A stretch of 24,000 bases of DNA from Acidimicrobiales bacterium. Its GTDB lineage: Bacteria; Actinomycetota; Acidimicrobiia; Acidimicrobiales; Palsa-688. The stretch spans positions 9,279 through 33,278 of the forward strand of contig DATJUH010000309.1 of NCBI GenBank assembly GCA_035502515.1. Direction: 5' to 3'. Below, piece after piece: positions 8,099 through 16,728 of the stretch. Position 1 is the first letter of the stretch, and every line of letters starts with the position of its first letter. The position numbers and the translations under genes were made by a program. The notes under the pieces are model-generated. The model was not told the DNA's origin, made no database searches, and was given only the letters and a program-made list of their open reading frames with translations.

Positions 8099-8471
8099 TG
8101 GGGCCGAAAGGCTCGACCCCGTTCGAAAAGCTCATGCTGACCAGCTCCAGGCCGGCCTCCGCCTCGCCGACATGACCGCACGCCGGGCAAATGGCCATAT
8201 GTCCGGCGAGATAGTCTGCCCCGGGCCGGCCTTTGTAACCGCAAGCGCAACTTACGTCGACCGGGACGAGCGTTACTTTCAGCTCCGCTCGCGCCAGGCA
8301 GGAGTCACCCGTGCGAGCGGCCAGCTCCTTGGCCGCCAGCGCAAAACCGGAGGTCAATTCTTCAACGTCTAGGCTCTCCGGGCACCGCACTACGACGCGA
8401 CAGATGGCCTTGCCTCCCGCCCGTTGACGGCAGGCGGCCACCAGCTCCTCTACCAGTGACAGCTCATGCAT
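8094..8471 (-). CDS. hypA: Hydrogenase nickel-insertion protein HypA
   Basis: 125 aa. Starts with the canonical MHELSL (MHE Ni-binding N-terminus) and has Zn-site CxxC pairs (SCACG ... CPACG). Start trimmed from 8492 to ATG 8471. Overlaps the hoxW stop by 8 nt (ATGCATGA). Confidence 0.9.
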   Translation of the reverse strand: MHELSLVEELVAACRQRAGGKAICRVVVRCPESLDVEELTSGFALAAKELAARTGDSCLARAELKVTLVPVDVSCACGYKGRPGADYLAGHMAICPACGHVGEAEAGLELVSMSFSNGVEPFGPT

Positions 8472-9000
8472 ACAGCACCTTGGTCTTGTCACATGCGAGA
8501 CAAAGGCGCCAGGATGCGACCACGCGCCGAACGGCCTCCACCGCTACAGGCACGGCGGCCCGGACCGGCGGGGACAAAACCTCCCCGATCTCGGCGGCGC
8601 CCACACTCACCGTAACCAACACTGCCGCCGGCGCCTGGCCATAAAGTTGGCGAGACAGAGAGAGCAGCCTTTTCGGGCTGAGGTCGAGCCAACACCCCAC
8701 AGCACCGGCTCGGCCGGCCGGACCGTCCCCGGCTGTGCTCTCGGGGTCAAGCCGGTGCACGTTTACCGAGCCCGGAGGGTTGCCGTCGTAAGCGGCGTCC
8801 ACGAATACCGCAAACCTCGACCCGGACAGATCCAGCGCCATCTCGGGCAGCAACTGTGGCGACCAGAAGAAGCCGGCTGGGGCGACAGCGGGCACGGAGT
8901 GGCGGCCAAAGCAGAGCGCCTTGGCCACTTCCTGGCCCACGCCGTCGTCCCCACGGAGGTCGTTGCCGTACCCGATAACAATGACACGACCTGGTTTCAT
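8464..9000 (-). CDS. hoxW: [NiFe]-hydrogenase maturation endopeptidase (HoxW/HyaD/HycI family)
   Basis: 178 aa from ATG 9000, with MKPGRVIVIGYGNDLRGDDGVGQEVAKAL (the GxGNxxxxDDGxG motif). The ORF-track model (to 9261) runs through the end of hoxH and was trimmed. Starts 8 nt after the hoxH stop. Confidence 0.9.
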   Translation of the reverse strand: MKPGRVIVIGYGNDLRGDDGVGQEVAKALCFGRHSVPAVAPAGFFWSPQLLPEMALDLSGSRFAVFVDAAYDGNPPGSVNVHRLDPESTAGDGPAGRAGAVGCWLDLSPKRLLSLSRQLYGQAPAAVLVTVSVGAAEIGEVLSPPVRAAVPVAVEAVRRVVASWRLCLACDKTKVLYA

Positions 9001-9008
9001 CGCCGCCC

Positions 9009-10436
9009 TCACGTGACGGGGCGGGACAATCGGCGCACGACCTCCCCGCCCGGGGCCACTACATCGATTTCCAGCGGCATTTGCCCGACGGCGTGGGTCG
9101 AGCAGGACAGGCACGGGTCGTAGGCCCGGATAACGGCTTCGACCCGGTTCAATGCCCCTTCTCGCACCTGTTCGCCCTTGATGTAATGACGCGCCACCTG
9201 CAGGACGGCCTTGTTCATGGCCAGGTTGTTGTGGCCTGTGGCTATGACCAGGTTGACCCATTGCACCACCCCGTCTTCGTCGACGCGGTAGTGGTGGAAC
9301 AAAGTGCCTCGAGGTGCTTCCGACACCCCGACGCCTTCGCGACAGTTGACCGCCGCCTTCGCCCGCACGTCAGAGCCCAGGATCCCGGGGTCGGCCAGCA
9401 GCTCCTCCAGCGTATCGATGCAATGGAGCACTTCTATCAGCCGGGCCCAATGGTATTGAAAAGAACTGCTCGGGTAACGCCCGAGCCGCGAGCGGTACTC
9501 CTGCAGCTCGGCGTTGGCGGCCGGCGTCCCCAACTGGTCGACGACATTGAGGCGGGCCAGCGGCCCGACCCGGTATAGACCGGCGGGGTACCCGAGGGGC
9601 TTGTAATAAGTGGATTTCAAGTACGACCAGGGCTCTACCGCCTCGCCGATGTAGTCCCAGTACGGTCTGGGGTCCGCCCTGTCAACGAGCCGGTTTCCGT
9701 CGGCGTCGACGACCCGGAGGTCACCATCGGAATAAGCGGCGTTGCCGTTGTCATGGACCAGGCCCATATACAGGCTCGGGAAACTCCCGAACACCGACGC
9801 TTCTTCCACCCAGGTGGCCAGGTTGGCCTTGAACCAATCGAGCGTCCGCGTGGCCCGCCGGCGGGCGTCGGGCAGCGCGGCCAGAATGGCATCCCGTTGC
9901 GCCGGCTCGAGCGGTGCGCTGACCCCCCCCGGTACCACCCATGCAGGGTGGATCCGCTTTCCGCCCAAGCGCTCGATTATCTGCTGCCCGAACTTGCGCA
10001 CGGCGATGCCGTCTCTGGCCAGCTCCGGCGCCCGCTCTGCCACCACGAAGAGGTTGCGCTCCTGCGGGTCGTGGTCGAAGCCGAGGAGCAAGTCCGGTGA
10101 CGATAGATGGAAAAAACTGAGGGCGTGCGACTGCACTATCTGAGCCAGGTTCATTACCCGGCGCAGCCGGATGGCGACCGGAGGGATGGATACGCCGAGG
10201 ATCTCGTCGCACGCCTTGGCTGAAGCTACGAGGTGGCTCACGGGGCAAATACCGCAAATACGGGCCATAAGCGAGGGCATCTCGTGCACCGGGCGGCCTT
10301 GCGCGATCCGTTCGAAACCCCGGAACTGCGTGACATGGAAATGGGCGTCCCTCACCTCCCCCGCTTCATTCAGAAAGACGGTGATCTTGGCATGGCCCTC
10401 GATCCGGGTAATTGGTTCGATAACGATTTCACTCAC
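9009..10436 (-). CDS. hoxH: [NiFe]-hydrogenase large subunit, bidirectional HoxH type (group 3)
   Basis: 475 aa. N-terminal [10 protein letters not shown] and the L1 motif [10 protein letters not shown]; C-terminal L2 motif DPCLSCSTH followed by a 27-aa tail ([12 protein letters not shown]...) that is the expected protease-cleaved extension. GTG start with GGAGGG 7-8 nt upstream. Confidence 0.97.
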   Translation of the reverse strand: MSEIVIEPITRIEGHAKITVFLNEAGEVRDAHFHVTQFRGFERIAQGRPVHEMPSLMARICGICPVSHLVASAKACDEILGVSIPPVAIRLRRVMNLAQIVQSHALSFFHLSSPDLLLGFDHDPQERNLFVVAERAPELARDGIAVRKFGQQIIERLGGKRIHPAWVVPGGVSAPLEPAQRDAILAALPDARRRATRTLDWFKANLATWVEEASVFGSFPSLYMGLVHDNGNAAYSDGDLRVVDADGNRLVDRADPRPYWDYIGEAVEPWSYLKSTYYKPLGYPAGLYRVGPLARLNVVDQLGTPAANAELQEYRSRLGRYPSSSFQYHWARLIEVLHCIDTLEELLADPGILGSDVRAKAAVNCREGVGVSEAPRGTLFHHYRVDEDGVVQWVNLVIATGHNNLAMNKAVLQVARHYIKGEQVREGALNRVEAVIRAYDPCLSCSTHAVGQMPLEIDVVAPGGEVVRRLSRPVT

Positions 10437-10451
10437 AATTAGCCCTCCGCT

Positions 10452-10988
10452 TCATCCGAACCGCGACACTTTGGCGGCATCTGCCACCGTGCCGTCGAGA
10501 AGCCCCACGATCACCTCGAATATGCGGTCAGCCGACGGGGGGCAGCCGGTGATGAACACGTCCACCGGCACCCAGGCGTGTACCGGGAGGGATTCTGAAA
10601 GGAGCGCCGGGACCACTTCACAAGGCACCGCCCTATTTAGGGTGGCGTTCTCCAGGTACGCTCGGTCCAGGGCCGGCTGGGGCCCGAACGGGTTGCGCAT
10701 ACCGGGCACGTTGCTCGTCACGGCGCAGTCGCCGAGCGAGACCAGCACCCGTGTCCGGTGGCGGACCAGCCTGATCTTGCGCAGGTCTTCCTCCGAACTG
10801 ACGGCCCCCTCGACCAGGGTGATGTCCACCCCCTCAGGGAACTCCTTCGTGTCGACCAGCGGGCTGTAAACGAGCTCAGCCCGGCTGGCCAGTTCCAGCA
10901 GCCGCTCGTCCATGTCGAGGAACGACATGTGGCAGCCCGAGCAGCCGTCCAGCCAAACAGTGGCCAATTTCGGCTTTTCACTGGTCAT
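10452..10988 (-). CDS. hoxY: [NiFe]-hydrogenase small subunit, HoxY type
   Basis: 178 aa, [19 protein letters not shown]...SLGDCA. The short group-3 small subunit carries only the proximal-cluster cysteines. Its ATG overlaps the hoxU stop (ATGA). Confidence 0.95.
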   Translation of the reverse strand: MTSEKPKLATVWLDGCSGCHMSFLDMDERLLELASRAELVYSPLVDTKEFPEGVDITLVEGAVSSEEDLRKIRLVRHRTRVLVSLGDCAVTSNVPGMRNPFGPQPALDRAYLENATLNRAVPCEVVPALLSESLPVHAWVPVDVFITGCPPSADRIFEVIVGLLDGTVADAAKVSRFG

Positions 10989-11695
10989 GGTTCATGCCTG
11001 TCAGCCCTCATGAGGTACGGTAAATATGGCCGGCGCGACTTGGCCTCGGCCACCGAACGGCCCTTCTCGAACAGCGCCCCGGTGGGGCAAACCTGTACGC
11101 ACTTGCCACAACTCGTGCATGTCGTCGAACTGCCCCAGGGTGCACCAAGGTCGCAAACGAGCCGAGCGTTGGCCCCCCGGCCCTGGATGTCCCAGGTATG
11201 CGCCCCCTCTACCTCGTCGCATACCCGCACGCAACGGGTGCACAGGATGCAACGGTTCTGGTCCAACACGAAACGCTCGTGGGTGGCGTCCACTGCCACC
11301 TCGGGATGAAGGGGCGGGAGCTCGAAGTGGGTGAGTTCGAGTTGCCGGGCCTGGTCCTGAAGCTCGCAATGGTTGTTGGCTACACAGACCGCACAAACGT
11401 GGTTGCGTTCCAGGAAGAACAGCTCGGTTATGCTACGGCGGTAAGCGGCGAGGCGGTCTGAAGCGGTCGTCACTTTCATGCCTTCTTCGACCTTTGTCGT
11501 ACAGGCGGCCAATAATTTCGGGCTGCCTTCTACCTCGACGACGCACAAGCGACAGGCGCCTACGTCCGAGAGCCCCTCCAGGTGGCACAGCGTGGGGATG
11601 TGGATGCCATTTTCCCGGGCCGCCGAGAGCACGGTTTGGTCCGAAGTGGCGGCCACATCTGCGCCGTCGATGACGAGGGTCCGTACATCGCTCAT
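10985..11695 (-). CDS. hoxU: Diaphorase Fe-S subunit HoxU (NuoG N-terminal-like)
   Basis: 236 aa from ATG 11695 ([11 protein letters not shown]). [2Fe-2S] region [21 protein letters not shown], His-ligated cluster [15 protein letters not shown], and [4Fe-4S] motifs [12 protein letters not shown] and [16 protein letters not shown]. The ORF-track start at 11878 lies inside hoxF and was trimmed; the ATG overlaps the hoxF stop (ATGA). Confidence 0.93.
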   Translation of the reverse strand: MSDVRTLVIDGADVAATSDQTVLSAARENGIHIPTLCHLEGLSDVGACRLCVVEVEGSPKLLAACTTKVEEGMKVTTASDRLAAYRRSITELFFLERNHVCAVCVANNHCELQDQARQLELTHFELPPLHPEVAVDATHERFVLDQNRCILCTRCVRVCDEVEGAHTWDIQGRGANARLVCDLGAPWGSSTTCTSCGKCVQVCPTGALFEKGRSVAEAKSRRPYLPYLMRADRHEP

Positions 11696-13413
11696 GATGC
11701 TCCTCCGCTCCTCCTCGTCCCGGCCAGAGCGCCTTCTACCGGCATCCCCGGGCTCTCCTGGGTGATCGGGCAGACGCCGGCCGGGCATGCACGGTCGTCT
11801 ACATGGGCCAGGTACTCGTCCCGGAAATAGCGCAACGTGGAGAAGACGGGGTTGGGGGCTCCTTGCCCGAGCCCGCATAGGCTCGTAGCCTTCACCATGC
11901 CGGCCAAGCTCTCCAGCTGGGCCAGGTGGGCCCTGGTGGCCTTACCCGTAGTTATGCGCTCGAGCAGCCGGTACATCTCCTCTGTGCCCACCCGGCACGG
12001 CAGGCACTTGCCGCACGACTCTTCCCGGCAGAAATCCATGAAAAATTTGGCCACGTCGACCATGCATGTCCGGTCGTCCATCACGATCATCCCGCCCGAC
12101 CCCATGATGGAGCCGGCCTGGGCCAGCGACTCGTAATCCACGGGCATGTCCAGAAGGCTTTTGGGGATACAACCACCCGAAGGACCGCCCGTCTGGACGG
12201 CCTTGAACCGGCGGCCTTCCGCCAAACCTCCGCCGATCTCGAAAACGATCTGGCGCAGGGTCAGGCCCATCGGGACTTCGATGAGGCCTGTGTTGGTGAC
12301 CGCTCCGGCAAGGGCGAAAACCTTGGTCCCCTTGGACCGTTCGGTGCCAATAGCGTTCAGCCAGTCTCCACCTCGGGTTATCACTGCCGGGATATTGGCG
12401 AAGGTCTCGACATTGTTTATCAATGTCGGGCAACCCCACAAGCCCGAAGCGGCCGGGTATGGGGGCCGTGGCCGGGGCGTGCCCCTGCCGCCTTGAATAG
12501 ACGCGATAAGAGCCGTCTCCTCGCCGCACACAAAGGCGCCGGCGCCGATGCGCACTTCGACCTGGAAATCGAAGCGGGTACCGGCTATGTCCCGCCCGAG
12601 ATGGCCATCGTGCTCGGCCTGGCGAATGGCGCTGGACAGGCGCTTCACGGCTAACGGGTACTCGGCCCGGACGTAGACGTAGCCCCGGTTGGCACCGACG
12701 GCATAACCGGCTATGGCCATGCCTTCGAGGACCTGTTGCGGACAACTCTCCAGCACGCTGCGGTCCATGAAGGCGCCCGGGTCGCCCTCATCTGCATTGC
12801 AGACGACGAACCTGCCCTCGGGCGCGGCGGACTTGGCCACCGTCCGCCATTTGAGCCCGGTAGGGTACCCGGCCCCGCCCCGGCCCCGCAGCCCGCTCCG
12901 CACCACTTCGGCGATCACGTCGTCGGGCGTCATGGTCCCGACGGCCTGGGCCAGCGCCTCGTAACCGCCGGTGGCCACGTAATCCTCTAGCCTCTCGGGG
13001 TCGACGGTGCCGCACCGTTCCAGGACCACCTTCACCTGGTGCGAAAAGAACGGGTCGGTGGCCAGCGGCCGACCGCCGTCACCGTCGCCCGAGAGGCTAC
13101 GTATAAGCTCGCTTACTCCTTGAGGACCGCCGGGCTGAGCCCGCTCGAACAGCCGGCCCTGCTCGGGGACGAGCACGAGCGGTCCGGCCGCGCACAGCCC
13201 GAGGCAACCGACCCGCCTGACGGCCACATCGTCGAGGCCCTTGGCCAGGACTGCTTCTCGGAGGTTTTCGAACAGTTGCTCGGACCCCATCGACAGGCAA
13301 CCGGCGGCCTGGCACACGTTGGCCGATACCCTTACGTCACCCTCGGGCAGGAGCGGTTCGGGTTGACGGTGGGGCCGGGCCGCACCGGCGCCCTCGGCCG
13401 TCTGGTTACTCAT
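11692..13413 (-). CDS. hoxF: Diaphorase NAD(P)H/FMN subunit HoxF (NuoF-like, with an N-terminal thioredoxin-like [2Fe-2S] domain)
   Basis: 573 aa from ATG 13413 (MSNQTAEG). N-terminal domain cysteines are C-QAAG-C ... C-LGL-C. NuoF core motifs are [25 protein letters not shown] and SLCGLGQ. The ORF-track start at 13644 lies inside hoxE and was trimmed; the ATG overlaps the hoxE stop (ATGA). Confidence 0.95.
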   Translation of the reverse strand: MSNQTAEGAGAARPHRQPEPLLPEGDVRVSANVCQAAGCLSMGSEQLFENLREAVLAKGLDDVAVRRVGCLGLCAAGPLVLVPEQGRLFERAQPGGPQGVSELIRSLSGDGDGGRPLATDPFFSHQVKVVLERCGTVDPERLEDYVATGGYEALAQAVGTMTPDDVIAEVVRSGLRGRGGAGYPTGLKWRTVAKSAAPEGRFVVCNADEGDPGAFMDRSVLESCPQQVLEGMAIAGYAVGANRGYVYVRAEYPLAVKRLSSAIRQAEHDGHLGRDIAGTRFDFQVEVRIGAGAFVCGEETALIASIQGGRGTPRPRPPYPAASGLWGCPTLINNVETFANIPAVITRGGDWLNAIGTERSKGTKVFALAGAVTNTGLIEVPMGLTLRQIVFEIGGGLAEGRRFKAVQTGGPSGGCIPKSLLDMPVDYESLAQAGSIMGSGGMIVMDDRTCMVDVAKFFMDFCREESCGKCLPCRVGTEEMYRLLERITTGKATRAHLAQLESLAGMVKATSLCGLGQGAPNPVFSTLRYFRDEYLAHVDDRACPAGVCPITQESPGMPVEGALAGTRRSGGAS

Positions 13414-13904
13414 AGCTCCTCCAACAGCTTGACCAGTTGTCCCGGCCCCATATGGCCCTGGATGTCCCCGTCGACGACCACCGCCGGCGCCATGCTGCAC
13501 GCCCCCAAGCAGCGGGCCTTCAGCAGCGAGATCTTCCCGTCCGCCGTCGTGCCCCCCGGCTTTACGGCAAACTTGTCGGCGATGGCGCCCAGAAGGGCGC
13601 TGGCCCCGTTGATGTAACACGCCGTACCGGCGCAAACGACGCACGTGTGGAGACCTTGCGGCTTGAGCGTGAAGTGGGTGTAAAAAGTGGCTACACCGTA
13701 GACCTTGCTGGGAGGCACGCCCAGGCTCTCACCGATGTACGAGAGCGCCTCGTCATCGAGATAACCGAAAACCTCCTGAGTTGTATGCAGGACCTCGATC
13801 AGCCCGTCCGGGCGGTAGCCCAGCCGGCGCATCCGGACGTCCACCTGCCGCCAACGCTTGTCGTCGCTCGGCGCCGGCCGCCCCGCGACTGTAGTCGAAG
13901 CCAA
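13410..13904 (-). CDS. hoxE: Diaphorase [2Fe-2S] subunit HoxE (NuoE-like)
   Basis: 164 aa, [15 protein letters not shown]...GVATFYTHF...[16 protein letters not shown]...[17 protein letters not shown] (NuoE C-x4-C...C-x3-C pattern). TTG start with GGGAGGG 7 nt upstream. Confidence 0.93.
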   Translation of the reverse strand: MASTTVAGRPAPSDDKRWRQVDVRMRRLGYRPDGLIEVLHTTQEVFGYLDDEALSYIGESLGVPPSKVYGVATFYTHFTLKPQGLHTCVVCAGTACYINGASALLGAIADKFAVKPGGTTADGKISLLKARCLGACSMAPAVVVDGDIQGHMGPGQLVKLLEEL

Positions 13905-13935
13905 ATTCGGGCCCTCCCGGCAGTTGACCTGGTGT

Positions 13936-13954
13936 TTAGGCCAACCTTAGGCCA
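13936..13954. repeat. Tandem direct repeat TTAGGCCA x2 with 11-bp period in the hoxE 5' region
   Basis: Read directly: TTAGGCCA at 13936-13943 and 13947-13954 (minus strand TGGCCTAA-N3-TGGCCTAA), 32-50 bp upstream of the hoxE TTG start. The minus-strand TAAGGT within it fits a TANNNT -10 hexamer. Confidence 0.25.
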
Positions 13955-13973
13955 CCGCATCGTGCCCGCGCCG

Positions 13974-13987
13974 GGGCCAAAAGTCCC
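13974..13987. promoter_or_regulatory. Degenerate DosR-box-like site GGGCCAAAAGTCCC (minus strand GGGACTTTTGGCCC) in the hoxE/hypC divergent region
   Basis: 12/14 match to the core GGGACTWWAGTCCC, with canonical 2-bp centre spacing and one perfect half-site. Its centre is about 76 bp upstream of the hoxE start and about 183 bp upstream of hypC. Confidence 0.3.
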
Positions 13988-14081
13988 AACCAAGGCATTT
14001 CGCCACCAAATCCGCCAACGGATCTTCACTGGGGCGGCCTTGGCCGCACCGTTCTAGCCGCCGGGCTGTTCCCGAGGGGCG

Positions 14082-14107
14082 AGGGCACCGGCGGGCAAGG
14101 GCACCGG
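14082..14107. repeat. Direct repeat AGGGCACCGG x2 (16-bp period) upstream of hypC
   Basis: Read directly: AGGGCACCGG at 14082-14091 and 14098-14107. It is followed by the palindrome AGGGCC-GTTT-GGCCCT (14111-14126), and the whole set lies 38-82 bp upstream of the hypC ATG. Confidence 0.25.
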
Positions 14108-14163
14108 GGAAGGGCCGTTTGGCCCTGGGCCCAGCCGGCGGGGCCCGATTACCATGGACCATG

Positions 14164-14514
14164 ATGTGCCTCGGGATCCCTGGGCTCGTGACCGAGCTCG
14201 ACAAAGCCGACGGGCAGTACGCCTGGGTAGACGTGGGCGGGGCTAGGCGCCGGGTAAATGTAGCGTTGCTCACCGATGACGCCGCCGCCCCCGGCGACTG
14301 GGTCCTCATCCATGTGGGATTTGCGTTGGCCCGCATCGACGAAGATGAGGCCCAGGCCACATTGCGGATGCTCGAGGGCATGGCCGGCGCATATACAGAC
14401 GAGCTGGCGGTTATGGCCCAATCGGCGCCCGAGCCCGTGACCCAGCCGTCGACCTCATCTGTGGCGCAGCCGGGCCTTCGAGGCCGCGGCGCTCAGGTAC
14501 CGGGCGAGCGGTAA
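14164..14514 (+). CDS. hypC: Hydrogenase maturation chaperone HypC/HupF family
   Basis: Start set at the second ATG of ATGATGTGC so that the product begins MCLGIPGLV (the essential N-terminal Cys after Met removal). Also has WVLIHVGFAL. 116 aa, with a low-complexity C-terminal tail. The ORF-track start at 14119 was rejected. Confidence 0.9.
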   Translation: MCLGIPGLVTELDKADGQYAWVDVGGARRRVNVALLTDDAAAPGDWVLIHVGFALARIDEDEAQATLRMLEGMAGAYTDELAVMAQSAPEPVTQPSTSSVAQPGLRGRGAQVPGER

Positions 14515-14520
14515 GTCCCG

Positions 14521-15657
14521 GTGCGCTTCGTCACCGAGTACCGCGACCGCGCCAAGGCTACCGCCCTGGCCGGAGCTATCGCAGAGCTGTGCGCGCCCGG
14601 TCGCCACTACAAACTGATGGAGGTATGCGGCGGCCATACCCATACCATTTACAAGCACGGGCTCGAGCATTACCTCCCGGAGGCGGTGGAGCTCGTGCAC
14701 GGCCCGGGATGCCCTGTTTGCGTGATCCCGATGGGCAGGGTGGACGATGCCATATCAATCGCTCATCAGCCGGGCGTCACCCTGGCGAGTTTCGGCGACA
14801 TGTTGCGGGTCCCCGGTGGCAAAGGCTCGTTCCTCGATGCAAAGGCGGCCGGGGCAGACGTCCGGCTGGTCTATTCCCCCATGGATGCGTTGAAACTGGC
14901 GGTCGACGAACCTCGGCGCCAAGTGGTGTTCGTGGCCATTGGTTTCGAGACGACTGCTCCTTCGACGGCGCTGACGTTGTTGCGGGCCCAGGCCGGCGGA
15001 GTGGCCAACTTCTCCGTCTTTTGCAACCACGTCACTATTATCCCGCCGCTCAAGGCCATCCTCGATGCCAAAGATGTCGATATCGACGGGTTCATCGGCC
15101 CCGGTCACGTCTCTACGGTGATCGGCTGCCGGCCCTATTTGCCGATCGCCAAAGAGTACGGGAAGCCGCTGGTCGTCTCCGGGTTCGAGCCGCTCGACGT
15201 CCTGCAGTCCGTATATATGGTGATGCGGCAACTGGCGCAACACCGGGCCGAAGTCGAAAACCAGTACGGCCGGGTGGTCAACTGGGAGGGAAACCGAAAG
15301 GCCTTGGCCGTCATCGACGAGACGATGGAGCTGAGGCCTCATTTCGAGTGGCGCGGGCTCGGCTCCATCCCGTCGTCAGCGTTGAAACTGAGGCCCCACC
15401 TATCCTGTCACGACGCCGAGGAGCGGTTCGAGGTCCCGGGCGTGCGGGTCGCCGACCCCAGGGCTTGCCAGTGCGGACAGGTTCTACGCGGGCAGATCCG
15501 GCCGTGGGAGTGCAGGGTTTTTGGTAAAGCGTGTACGCCCGAAAAGCCCATCGGCACATGCATGGTCTCGAGTGAAGGCGCCTGTGCCGCCTACTACAAC
15601 TTCGGCCGCCTCACCGTGCCTCACAGCCGGCCGGCACGTCCGGTGACGGCGAAATGA
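14521..15657 (+). CDS. hypD: Hydrogenase maturation Fe-S protein HypD
   Basis: 378 aa. GTG start giving MRFVTEYRD (family-typical MRFVDEYR). Motifs EVCGGHTH and GPGCPVCV, plus the C-terminal Cys cluster. Confidence 0.96.
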   Translation: MRFVTEYRDRAKATALAGAIAELCAPGRHYKLMEVCGGHTHTIYKHGLEHYLPEAVELVHGPGCPVCVIPMGRVDDAISIAHQPGVTLASFGDMLRVPGGKGSFLDAKAAGADVRLVYSPMDALKLAVDEPRRQVVFVAIGFETTAPSTALTLLRAQAGGVANFSVFCNHVTIIPPLKAILDAKDVDIDGFIGPGHVSTVIGCRPYLPIAKEYGKPLVVSGFEPLDVLQSVYMVMRQLAQHRAEVENQYGRVVNWEGNRKALAVIDETMELRPHFEWRGLGSIPSSALKLRPHLSCHDAEERFEVPGVRVADPRACQCGQVLRGQIRPWECRVFGKACTPEKPIGTCMVSSEGACAAYYNFGRLTVPHSRPARPVTAK

Positions 15658-16706
15658 CCAGTCAGGCTCGCTCACCGGCAAAGGTGGGGACGCCTTCCGG
15701 GCCCATTACACTGTCGCACGGCTCGGGTGGGAAAGCCACCCATGCCCTTATCGAGTCGGTTTTCCTGAAGGCCTTCCACAACCCCCTGTTGGCGCCGCTG
15801 GGCGACGGCGCGGTTGTGAACGTGGCCGGCAGAGACCTGGCGTTTACCACCGACTCGTTTGTGGTCTCGCCCATTTTCTTCCCCGGAGGATCCCTGGGCG
15901 ACCTGGCCGTCAACGGGACGGTGAACGACCTGGCCGCGTGCGGAGCGCAGCCCTTGGCCCTGTCGGCCGGCTTCGTGATAGAAGAGGGCTTCCCGCTGAC
16001 CGACCTGACCCGCGTCGTTTCGGACATGGCCGGTGCGGCCCGCCGGGCGCGCGTGCATGTCGTCACGGGCGACACCAAAGTGGTGGAGCGGGGCAAAGGG
16101 GACGGTTGCTACGTCAATACTTCTGGCATTGGCCTGGTGGACGAGAGAGCCAGTGGGCTGTCAGGGGCGGCCGCCTTGCCTGGTGACAAGGTAATGGTGT
16201 CCGGGCCCATCGGTGACCACGGCACCGCCGTCCTGTTGGCCCGAGGCCAGCTCGGGATTTCAGCTGATATCGTTTCCGACACGGCCCCCTTGAACGGGTT
16301 GGTGGCCGCCCTCCTGGACGCCGTCGGGCCTCACCTGCACGTGCTGCGCGACGCCACCCGGGGCGGGGTGGCCACGGTGCTCAACGAAGTAGCGGTGGCC
16401 AGCGGAGTGGGGGTGGTGCTGGACGAGGAAGCCGTCCCGGTGCGCCCGGAGGTGTTCGGCGTATGTGAAATGCTCGGCATCGACCCGCTTTATGTCGCTT
16501 GTGAGGGCCGCATGGTGGCGGTGGTAGACGGCGACCACGTGGCTGACGCCCTCGCCGCCATGCGCGCCCACCCGCTGGGGCCGGAGAGCGCCGTCATCGG
16601 CGAGGTCAGGGCGCAACCTGAAGGTCTGGTCCTGGAAGATACCGGGTTCGGGGGTAGCCGGGTGGTGGACATGCTGGTCGGGGACCCGCTCCCGCGCATC
16701 TGCTGA
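15654..16706 (+). CDS. hypE: Hydrogenase maturation carbamoyl dehydratase HypE
   Basis: 350 aa with a PurM-like fold and the diagnostic C-terminal ...DPLPRIC. Its ATG overlaps the hypD stop (ATGA). Confidence 0.96.
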   Translation: MTSQARSPAKVGTPSGPITLSHGSGGKATHALIESVFLKAFHNPLLAPLGDGAVVNVAGRDLAFTTDSFVVSPIFFPGGSLGDLAVNGTVNDLAACGAQPLALSAGFVIEEGFPLTDLTRVVSDMAGAARRARVHVVTGDTKVVERGKGDGCYVNTSGIGLVDERASGLSGAAALPGDKVMVSGPIGDHGTAVLLARGQLGISADIVSDTAPLNGLVAALLDAVGPHLHVLRDATRGGVATVLNEVAVASGVGVVLDEEAVPVRPEVFGVCEMLGIDPLYVACEGRMVAVVDGDHVADALAAMRAHPLGPESAVIGEVRAQPEGLVLEDTGFGGSRVVDMLVGDPLPRIC

Positions 16707-16728
16707 ACCGCCTTGGTGATAGTGGGCG

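Noticed and set aside
8464-13644. N-terminally extended ORF-track models (8464..9261, 10985..11878, 11692..13644, 8094..8492, 14119..14514, 1167..3899, 4302..8012).
   Set aside because: The extensions overlap the upstream gene in another frame, are Arg/Pro/Gly-rich, and precede family-typical N-termini ([62 protein letters not shown]) that have SD sequences or ATGA coupling.
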